Assembly (NCBI GenBank): GCA_018818105.1
Contig: JAHISK010000098.1
Span: 1 to 63,069, forward strand
DNA: 63,069 nt
Direction: 5' to 3'
Source of the DNA: Candidatus Omnitrophota bacterium
GTDB lineage: Bacteria; Omnitrophota; Gorgyraeia; Duberdicusellales; 4484-171
Shown: positions 44,066-51,316 of the stretch, piece by piece
Numbering within the stretch: the first letter of the stretch is position 1
How the letters are laid out: each line of letters starts with the position of its first letter
The notes under the pieces: generated by a model
What the model was told of the DNA's origin: nothing
Database searches by the model: none
What the model saw: only the letters and a program-made list of their open reading frames with translations
Translations under genes and position numbers: made by a program

Positions 44066-45100
44066 ATGATTATGGGGCAAGAGGTAATGCATATAGATTT
44101 AGCGAATATTACAGAGGAAGAGTTACTTAATGTAAAAGTATGTAACCTCCCGGTGAAAATTGAAGGCACCTGGGTTTGGGACTGTATCGCTGAGCTTTAT
44201 AAAGAACTTTTGATTAAAGAGTTAAAGTTTAAGCCCCAGTGTTATTTGGCCGATGAATGGCTTACTCCTGATGGTGAGCCTATAGTAGGGGTTCCTTTTT
44301 TTATTGCTCATCCTACCCTTATGAAATTAGAGAGGAAAATGATGTTTGATGTAGAAGGAGGGACGAAACAATCATGTTTGAAATTACTGCGGCATGAGAC
44401 GGGGCACGCGATAAATTATGCCTATAAGTTATATAAACGAAGAAAGTGGCAGAAGATATTTGGGAAGTTTTCTACGGAATATAAAGATTTTTATAGATTT
44501 AGGCCTTACAGTAAAAATTTTGTTATACATTTAGATGATTATTACGCTCAGTATCATCCCGACGAAGATTTTGCTGAAACTTTTTCTGTTTGGCTTACTC
44601 TGGGGTTGGACTGGCATAATCAGTATAAAGGGTGGGGGGCGCTTAGGAAACTAAAGTATGTAGATGAGTTAATGAATGAAATTAAAGTGAAAGAACCGGT
44701 AGTTCCTAACGGCAATAAATACTGGCAGGCGAAAAACTTAAGGGTAACATTAAAAAACTATTATAAGAAGAGGAAACATTCTTCAGCTGAAGATTTTCCC
44801 GATTTTCATGATCTTAATTTAAAAAAGATGTTTGTTTGTGAAGACAAAAAAACAAAATTACCTTTGGCGGCGGAGGTTATAAAAAGGTATAATAAAGATA
44901 TTGTCAATAATGTTTACAGTTGGACACGAGAAAAAAAACATATTATCAACGATCTCCTAAAGACAATAATTGCTAGATGTAAAGAGCTTAAACTTATTAC
45001 TTCTGACTCAGAAACAATAGTTGTGTTGAAAACGTCTACATATATTACAACACTAATTATGAATTATAGGTATACAGGAAAATTCAGGGGGAAGAAATGA
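44066..45100 (+). CDS. Putative zinc metallopeptidase (HExxH)
   Basis: LLRHETGHAINY, downstream HPDEDFAETF, no signal peptide. An alternative start is ATG 44087. Confidence 0.6.
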   Translation: MIMGQEVMHIDLANITEEELLNVKVCNLPVKIEGTWVWDCIAELYKELLIKELKFKPQCYLADEWLTPDGEPIVGVPFFIAHPTLMKLERKMMFDVEGGTKQSCLKLLRHETGHAINYAYKLYKRRKWQKIFGKFSTEYKDFYRFRPYSKNFVIHLDDYYAQYHPDEDFAETFSVWLTLGLDWHNQYKGWGALRKLKYVDELMNEIKVKEPVVPNGNKYWQAKNLRVTLKNYYKKRKHSSAEDFPDFHDLNLKKMFVCEDKKTKLPLAAEVIKRYNKDIVNNVYSWTREKKHIINDLLKTIIARCKELKLITSDSETIVVLKTSTYITTLIMNYRYTGKFRGKK

Positions 45101-46116
45101 GTAAAAACTTAAAAGTTCTTTTAGTTTTTGATAGTCCTTATTTTGTGCCGAGAGGTTATGATTTTAAAGAAGAATTTAAAGAGGAGGATTGGGGTACTGA
45201 GTGCCAAGTTTATAAAGCTCTTTGTGATATCGGGTATCAGGTGACTATGTTGGGGTTATATAATGATATAACTATTCTTTTCCAAGAGGTTAAGGAAAGT
45301 AAGCCGGATGTTGTGTTTAATTTAGCAGAAGTGTTTACTCAAAAATCACATTTTGATAAAAATATAGCGTGGTTGTTGGAAATGCTAGGAATTCCTTATA
45401 CTGGAGGTACTCCGGCAAGCCTTCTTATCTGTAATAATAAAGCTATAAGTAAGGAGATATTAAGTTATCATCGAATAAAGGTTCCGCGGTTTCATACTTT
45501 TTATAGAGATCATCGTATATGGCTTCCTAAACGCCTTCGCTTGCCGCTTATTATAAAACCTTTATGTGAGGAAGCTTCCCGTGGTATATCGCAGGCGTCA
45601 GTTGTTGATAATGAAGACGCTTTTAATGAAAGAGTAAAATTTATCCACCAAAGTATGAATTCCGATGCCATAGCGGAAGAATATATAGAAGGAAGAGAAT
45701 TGTATGTAAGTATTTTAGGTAATAAACGTCTTAAAATTTTCCCGCTAAGAGAGATGAAGTTTGGCGGATTTGGGGAAGATGAACCGCGAGTTGCTACTTA
45801 CAAAGCTAAATGGGATTATGATTATCGTGAAAAATGGGAAATAAAAAATGTTTTTGCCGGGCGGTTGGCCGAGGGGTTAGATAGAACAATCGAAGATATT
45901 TGTAAACGGGCATACCGTGTTTTAAATATGAGCAGTTATGGGCGGTTGGATATAAGAGTTAGTCCTGAAGGGCAAGTATATATTCTAGAAGCAAATGCTA
46001 ATCCATGTTTAGAGATTGATGATGAGTTCGCGATTTCGGCGGAGAAAGGCGGCTTGCCTTATAAAAAGTTGGTTCGCAAATTGATAAAACTTGCCTTTGA
46101 TAAGGAGTATATCTAA
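45097..46116 (+). CDS. ATP-grasp ligase (D-Ala-D-Ala ligase-like family)
   Basis: Ddl-like fold: LPLIIKPLCEEASRGIS, EEYIEGRELYV, YILEANANP. ATGA overlap with the HExxH gene. Confidence 0.75.
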   Translation: MSKNLKVLLVFDSPYFVPRGYDFKEEFKEEDWGTECQVYKALCDIGYQVTMLGLYNDITILFQEVKESKPDVVFNLAEVFTQKSHFDKNIAWLLEMLGIPYTGGTPASLLICNNKAISKEILSYHRIKVPRFHTFYRDHRIWLPKRLRLPLIIKPLCEEASRGISQASVVDNEDAFNERVKFIHQSMNSDAIAEEYIEGRELYVSILGNKRLKIFPLREMKFGGFGEDEPRVATYKAKWDYDYREKWEIKNVFAGRLAEGLDRTIEDICKRAYRVLNMSSYGRLDIRVSPEGQVYILEANANPCLEIDDEFAISAEKGGLPYKKLVRKLIKLAFDKEYI

Positions 46117-46479
46117 TCCTCTTTCTGAGTCAATTTGAGCTACTTTAGGAATTAATTAATAAAATTAAATGAGAGCGTTTTCAACATTTTTTTGTAAGTA
46201 GCTTCATATCAGTATGTTATGAGTTATATTTTTTTCCGTGATTACCTTGTTTCCTTTAGGGGTTATATGGTATATATTAACTTCTATAGAGCCCGGTAGT
46301 TTGGGTTGGGAATTGAGTGGTCCGTGGTGAGATACCATTCGTAAGGATAAGGCAGATTGTGTGGGAGGCGCCAATCTTTTGCAGAGTCAAATAAACCTTA
46401 TTCTTTTCTTCTGGATTCCATTTCTAAAAATAGTTTTAACGGTGACGCAATAATTTATATTTTCTTAAGAGGTATAGCG

Positions 46480-46881
46480 ATGAAGAGATTATTAGGTATA
46501 GGTCTATTAACAGCGATATTTATTTTTAGCAGTTTAGTTTGTATTGAAAACTCTTCTGCCATTGGAGATAGTATGTCCGGATTAGCGTCTTGGTATTGCC
46601 GGCGTGATAGGGGGATACGTAAAACTACTGCGAACATGGAACGGTTTGATGACACAAAACTTACCTGCGCGATGTGGGGCGTTCCTTTTAACACAATACT
46701 TCAAGTTACAAATTTAGATAACGGTAAATCTGTAACTGTTAGAGTTAATGATCGCGGTCCGGCAAAAAGATTGGTACGGCGCGGAAGAATAATTGACCTT
46801 ACCAAAGAAGCCTTCTCAAAAATATCCCATCCCAAAAAAGGCCTGATATCAGTAAGCGTGACAGTTTTGTCACAATCTTGA
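46480..46881 (+). CDS. rlpA: RlpA-like DPBB lytic transglycosylase
   Basis: Signal peptide MKRLLGIGLL, then GLASWY...TANMERFD...VTVRVNDRGP. The track start (46357) is an unlikely extension. Confidence 0.85.
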   Translation: MKRLLGIGLLTAIFIFSSLVCIENSSAIGDSMSGLASWYCRRDRGIRKTTANMERFDDTKLTCAMWGVPFNTILQVTNLDNGKSVTVRVNDRGPAKRLVRRGRIIDLTKEAFSKISHPKKGLISVSVTVLSQS

Positions 46882-47058
46882 ATATAATTCAATAAAATAG
46901 TTTCTAATTGTTTTGCCGAATTAAGACGAGGCGATTTTTATTTATTATTTTTTTCTTCTATATTTTTATTTGCCAAATCCTTCCGAAAATCATACAATAT
47001 TATCCGAAACCTAAAGCAGGGTTTGTTTTATGCTCACGATTTAGGACGGATATAATAT

Positions 47059-47712
47059 ATGAATAATTTAATTGTATTTGATTCAATACCGATTTCTGTG
47101 CCAAAGGATAGAGTGTATAAGCGGCTGGGGTATCAGCGGGATAAAACGCGTCTTTCTTCTCGACAAAGAATTGAAATTGAACAGTATATTCAAGATTCGC
47201 TTAAGTTTATTGATTTGAAAGGAGTCGCGAAAAGGATCGTTATAAAAGAAAAGAATAATTTTGAAATTATTTTTGCCCAAGACAGTACTTTTGAAAGTAA
47301 GCATTTAGCGGCATTACTTAAAGACTGCTGTGAAGTTATTTTTATGGGAGTTACTGCGAGCAAGGAGATTGTTCAGCAGATACAAATGAATTCTTCCCAG
47401 GGTGATTTGACTAAAGCGGTAGTTTTTGACGCTGTGGCTAGTGAGATGACAGACGTATCTTTAGATTGGATTATGAATTATATGAATCAGCAGCTATGTC
47501 GGGAAAATAAAACGATTACAAGACGAAGATTTTCTCCCGGATATAGCGACTTCATTTTAGAAAATCAGAGAGTATTGTATAGCGCTCTTAAATTAGATAA
47601 GTTAGGAGTTACGATAACTAGCGATTGTATTCTTGTTCCTGAGAAATCAGTTATTGCGGTGGCGGGAATACTCGAAAGAGTCAAGGGTCAAGGAACAAGG
47701 GTCAAGGAATAG
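47059..47712 (+). CDS. Stand-alone methionine synthase reactivation (AdoMet-binding) domain protein
   Basis: RRFSPGYSDF...LVPEKSVIAVAGI resembles the MetH activation domain. The tail RVKGQGTRVKE is read from a GGGTCAA repeat. Confidence 0.7.
   Translation: MNNLIVFDSIPISVPKDRVYKRLGYQRDKTRLSSRQRIEIEQYIQDSLKFIDLKGVAKRIVIKEKNNFEIIFAQDSTFESKHLAALLKDCCEVIFMGVTASKEIVQQIQMNSSQGDLTKAVVFDAVASEMTDVSLDWIMNYMNQQLCRENKTITRRRFSPGYSDFILENQRVLYSALKLDKLGVTITSDCILVPEKSVIAVAGILERVKGQGTRVKE
47680..47707 (+). repeat. GTCAAGG-type heptad array inside the 3' end of ORF 47059..47712
   Basis: GTCAAGG GTCAAGG AACAAGG GTCAAGG. Confidence 0.9.
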
Positions 47713-47726
47713 AATATATAAATTTT

Positions 47727-47752
47727 GTAGGGGAGGGTTTGTAACCCTCCCG
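47727..47752 (+). repeat. GTAG-headed hairpin
   Basis: GTAGGGGAGGGTTTGTAACCCTCCCG. Confidence 0.85.
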
Positions 47753-47767
47753 GGTCAATAAATAATT

Positions 47768-50152
47768 ATGCGAGATAAGATAAAAAAACTTCTTCAACAA
47801 AAAATCCTCGTTCTGGACGGTGCTACGGGGACGCAGTTGCAGAAAAGGGGTATGCCTCAAGGAGTTTGTCCTGAAGCATGGTGTTTAGAAAATCCGAGTG
47901 TTTTAGAAGCGGTGCATGTTGATTACGCGCAAGCGGGAGCAGATATTGTTTATTCTTGTACTTTTGGCGCTAACCGGTTTAAGTTAGAAGAGTATAACAT
48001 TACTAATGTTAGTCAGATGAATGAATATCTTGTTCGGTTAGCTAAAAGAGTTGTCGCTGGAAAAGCTTTAGTTGCCGGTGATATCGCGCCTACGGGGAGA
48101 TTTGTTAAGCCGTTTGGAGAGTTGGATTTTGAAGCCGCAGTTGAGGTGTATAAAGAACAAGTAAAAGGGTTATTAGCCGGAGGCGTTGATCTGTTTGTAA
48201 TTGAAACAATGATCGATATTCAGGAAACAAGAGCGGCGCTTATTGCCATAAGAGAGATTACCGATAAGTTTGTAATGGTTACAATGACTTTTGATGGGGT
48301 AAGGACGCTTAATGGAACAGATCCTGTTACCGCGGTAGTTACGCTGCAAAGCCTTGGCGCTGACGCTATCGGATGTAATTGTTCAAGTGGTCCGCGGGAT
48401 ATGTTAAAGATAGTATCCGCCATGAAACCTTATGCCACTGTTCCTATTATAGCAAAACCAAACGCAGGAATTCCTAAGTTGGTTGGAAGTGAATCGATTT
48501 TTGATATGGAACCGCTTGAATTTGCTTCTTTTGCTCCCGAGTTTGTTAAAGCCGGTGTTCGTATGTTGGGAGGATGTTGTGGTACAACTCCCGCGCATAT
48601 AGCAGCGGTATCAGAAAAGTTAAAAGGGACTCAGCCGGTTATGCCGGTTTGTCAGTCAGTTAGCGCTGTAAGTTCAGTTAGAAAGACGGTTGTCTTGAAT
48701 AAAGATTCTTTCTCAATTATTGGAGAACGTATTAACCCTACCGGTAAGAAAGTGTTGAAAGAAAAGTTAAAACAAGGGGATTTATCAGTTGTCCGTACGA
48801 TGGCCGCGCAACAAAAGGAAGATGGCGCCCATTTATTGGATGTTAATGTGGGCATGGCCGGTATTGATGAAGCCAAGACAATGGTTTCGGTTATTGAGTT
48901 GCTTTCGGTTATAACTGATTTACCTTTAGTTATTGATTCTTCTAATGTGGAGATCATAGAAAAAGCTTTACGCCTTTATCCCGGCAGGGCGTTAATTAAT
49001 TCAATTTCTGCCGAAGAAGATAAATTTAATAAACTGTTGCCGTTAGCGGCTAAATATGGGGCAATGTTTGTTTTGCTTCCATTAAGCAGTAAAGAGATTC
49101 CTGTTACCGCTGATAAACGTAAAAAAATTATAGAAGGGTTGGTTAAGGAAGCGGCGAAATACGGGTTTACTAAAGATGATATTATTGTAGACGCGATGGC
49201 TATGTCGGTATCGGCGGACTCAGGGGCGGCGGTAGAAACGCTAAAGACAATAGAGTGGTGTTGTAGTGATTTAGGCTGTCATACAGTTGTGGGTCTTTCT
49301 AATGTATCTTTTGGTTTGCCGGCGCGTAAATGGATAAATGCCGCGTTTTTAGCGTTAGCAAAAGAGAAAGGATTGACTCTTGCCATTATGAATCCGGCGC
49401 AGGCGGGGGCCGAAGTTGATCAAAAGGCTGTGGATGTATTGCTTGGTAAAGATAGAAACGCCGCTGAATATATCGCTAATTTTGCTAGCATTAAAAATAA
49501 AGAAAAAGAAATAGTGGCAGTTTCTGAATCCTTGGCTCAGGATAAAGTTTTTAAAGCGATTCTGGAAGGAAATAGAGAAGAGATAAAAAGTATTATTGAA
49601 GAAGCGAGAGCTTTAGGGGTCGCTCCTTCATTACTCATATACGATACGATGATTCCCGCGATAACTAAAGTGGGCGAGCGCTTTGATAGAAAAGAGTATT
49701 TTTTACCGCAGCTTATTGCTAGTGCCCAGACAATGAAATTAGGATTTGAGTGTTTAAGGAAATATATTAAAGAAGGATCGCTGGATGGAGAAAAAATTAT
49801 TCTGCTTGCCACAGTAAAAGGCGATATCCACGATATAGGTAAAAACATTGTGGCTTTAATGCTTTCTAACCATGGGTTTAAAGTTATTGATTTAGGTAAA
49901 GACGTTTCTGCCGAAAAAATCGTTAGTGAAATAAAAAAGTATAAACCAGCGGTTGTCGGTCTTTCGGCGTTGATGACAACTACAATGGTTAATATGAAAC
50001 CGGTTATTGATTTGGCTAAGAAAGAAGGGCTGTCGGTAAAATTTATCGTGGGGGGAGCGGTTGTTACTAAAAGCTACGCTGAGTCCATAGACGCTGGGTA
50101 CGCTAAGGATGGGGTAGACGCTGTTAGGGTTGTGAACAGTCTATGTCAGTGA
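47768..50152 (+). CDS. metH: Cobalamin-dependent methionine synthase lacking the activation domain
   Basis: Hcy-binding (GCNCSSGP, GGCCGTTP), pterin-binding and B12-binding (GDIHDIGKNIV) modules. Confidence 0.93.
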   Translation: MRDKIKKLLQQKILVLDGATGTQLQKRGMPQGVCPEAWCLENPSVLEAVHVDYAQAGADIVYSCTFGANRFKLEEYNITNVSQMNEYLVRLAKRVVAGKALVAGDIAPTGRFVKPFGELDFEAAVEVYKEQVKGLLAGGVDLFVIETMIDIQETRAALIAIREITDKFVMVTMTFDGVRTLNGTDPVTAVVTLQSLGADAIGCNCSSGPRDMLKIVSAMKPYATVPIIAKPNAGIPKLVGSESIFDMEPLEFASFAPEFVKAGVRMLGGCCGTTPAHIAAVSEKLKGTQPVMPVCQSVSAVSSVRKTVVLNKDSFSIIGERINPTGKKVLKEKLKQGDLSVVRTMAAQQKEDGAHLLDVNVGMAGIDEAKTMVSVIELLSVITDLPLVIDSSNVEIIEKALRLYPGRALINSISAEEDKFNKLLPLAAKYGAMFVLLPLSSKEIPVTADKRKKIIEGLVKEAAKYGFTKDDIIVDAMAMSVSADSGAAVETLKTIEWCCSDLGCHTVVGLSNVSFGLPARKWINAAFLALAKEKGLTLAIMNPAQAGAEVDQKAVDVLLGKDRNAAEYIANFASIKNKEKEIVAVSESLAQDKVFKAILEGNREEIKSIIEEARALGVAPSLLIYDTMIPAITKVGERFDRKEYFLPQLIASAQTMKLGFECLRKYIKEGSLDGEKIILLATVKGDIHDIGKNIVALMLSNHGFKVIDLGKDVSAEKIVSEIKKYKPAVVGLSALMTTTMVNMKPVIDLAKKEGLSVKFIVGGAVVTKSYAESIDAGYAKDGVDAVRVVNSLCQ

Positions 50153-50181
50153 TGATAGAAATATTTGTTGTATCATCACTG
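50147..50181 (+). terminator. Hairpin overlapping the metH stop codon
   Basis: CAGTGATGATA - 13 nt - TATCATCACTG, then TAAAATTTT. Confidence 0.55.
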
Positions 50182-50210
50182 TAAAATTTTCTGTATAGCT
50201 TTAAAATAAA

Positions 50211-50219
50211 TGGTATAAT
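50211..50219 (+). promoter_or_regulatory. Extended -10 (TGGTATAAT) 6 nt upstream of the DUF4258-like ATG
   Basis: TGnTATAAT ends at 50219 and the ATG is at 50226, which would give a leaderless mRNA. Confidence 0.45.
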
Positions 50220-50225
50220 GACGAT

Positions 50226-50468
50226 ATGCGGCAATATAATTCAACGCAGTACTTTGAGAAAGAAGTGTTGAAAAAGCGTCCTTATTTAACAAAAGAAATG
50301 TGTATTAAGGTTATCGAGGATCCTTTAAAGATAGAAAAACAAGAAAATAATCGTTTTCGTTTTTGGAGTAAAATTGAAGAATTAGATGGTAAAGTATTAC
50401 GTGTTGTGACATTAACGGATAAAGTTACTATTCATAACGCGTTTTTAGACAGGAGGGTTAGACTATGA
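50226..50468 (+). CDS. DUF4258-like small toxin candidate
   Basis: 80 aa, 4-nt overlap with a DUF2283-like partner. Family call is by eye only. Confidence 0.5.
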   Translation: MRQYNSTQYFEKEVLKKRPYLTKEMCIKVIEDPLKIEKQENNRFRFWSKIEELDGKVLRVVTLTDKVTIHNAFLDRRVRL

Positions 50469-50680
50469 TTTTGAATTATTATTCAGAAACAGATTCTTTG
50501 TATATTAATTTTTCCTCTAGAACAAGTGTTGAAACTCAGGAGATTTCACCAGGGATTAATCTTGATTATGATAGTAAAGGTGAATTGATCGGTATAGATA
50601 TTGATAATGCTAGCAAGAAACTTGATTTGAAAGATTTAACACTTAATCATATCCCCGCTAAAGTTCATATTCTCGCATAG
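50465..50680 (+). CDS. DUF2283-like small protein (antitoxin candidate)
   Basis: YYSETDSLYINF...DYDSKGELIGIDIDNASK pattern. Confidence 0.6.
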   Translation: MILNYYSETDSLYINFSSRTSVETQEISPGINLDYDSKGELIGIDIDNASKKLDLKDLTLNHIPAKVHILA

Positions 50681-50706
50681 TAAAATAGCAGATGGAATAA
50701 TAAAGG

Positions 50707-50844
50707 ATGTATCAAAGATTAGAAAACGAAGAACGAAAAGAATTGTCTGAGGTATCTGGTTTTTTGGATAGAGACGCTGTTTTGAGGAAGATATGGGATA
50801 ATGATAAAGATTCAGCATACGAAGAAGAATGGGAGAGGAGGTAA
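50707..50844 (+). CDS. Unlisted 45-aa ORF (MYQRLENEERKELSEVSGFLDRDAVLRKIWDNDKDSAYEEEWERR)
   Basis: Too short for the ORF track. Its stop lies 3 nt before GTG 50847, and GGAGAGGAGG within its last codons would serve as RBS for the next ORF. Confidence 0.35.
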   Translation: MYQRLENEERKELSEVSGFLDRDAVLRKIWDNDKDSAYEEEWERR

Positions 50845-50846
50845 AC

Positions 50847-51116
50847 GTGAAAAAAAAGGGAATTGCTAAATTGGTCAGTAACATAGCAAAAGTGTTTACT
50901 AAAAAGAAATGTGAAAGCAAAAGTAGTGAAGGCAAATATAAGTGTAATATTTGCGGACGCATGATTAGCGAACGTAAAGCGTTGATTCACGTTAAAGCTG
51001 AAGAGTATATCATGAACCTTATCAAAAAAGACCATCCTCAGTGGAATAGCGATGATCCTTCCTGCCACGTGTGTATTGACTATTACCGTAAATTAGTAAA
51101 AGACGGAAAGATTTGA
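50847..51116 (+). CDS. Small Zn-ribbon-like protein
   Basis: CNIC...CHVC pairs. GTG 50847 sits 6 nt after GGAGAGGAGG. The track start is ATG 50829. Confidence 0.45.
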   Translation: MKKKGIAKLVSNIAKVFTKKKCESKSSEGKYKCNICGRMISERKALIHVKAEEYIMNLIKKDHPQWNSDDPSCHVCIDYYRKLVKDGKI

Positions 51117-51118
51117 TT

Positions 51119-51176
51119 GTAGGGACAGGGCTTGTGACCGAAGGGAATTCCGAGTATGTTCGAGGGGTCCTGTCCG
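51119..51176 (+). repeat. GTAG-headed hairpin with enlarged loop
   Basis: GTAGGGACAGG ... about 35 nt ... CCTGTCCG. Confidence 0.65.
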
Positions 51177-51316
51177 TTTGGAGAATGTAAAAAAAATTAT
51201 TTGACAAAATGGCGCTGTCTTTTTTCTGCTAGCCGTAAAATTTCATCAATAATAAAACTACAAAAACTAGAAAAACTCTTTATTCAAAAGGAGGAGTGAG
51301 GTATAATATCAAACTT

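Noticed and set aside
46260-46380. A c-di-AMP (ydaO-type) riboswitch upstream of rlpA.
   Set aside because: Only vague resemblances (CGTAAGG, GGTGAGATACC) were found, and the conserved ydaO blocks are not recognisable by eye. It is kept only as a low-interest unexplained leader.
46357-46479. The GTG-initiated N-terminal extension of rlpA in the ORF track.
   Set aside because: The extension lacks a signal peptide or any motif. ATG 46480 gives a normal signal peptide and has an AAGAGG RBS.
50758-50766. An apparent frameshift at a T-run splitting the 45-aa ORF 50707..50844.
   Set aside because: I first miscounted the run as T5. The minus-strand track ORF (…LSKKPD…, TCC AAA AAA CCA) fixes it at T6, so the ORF is intact.
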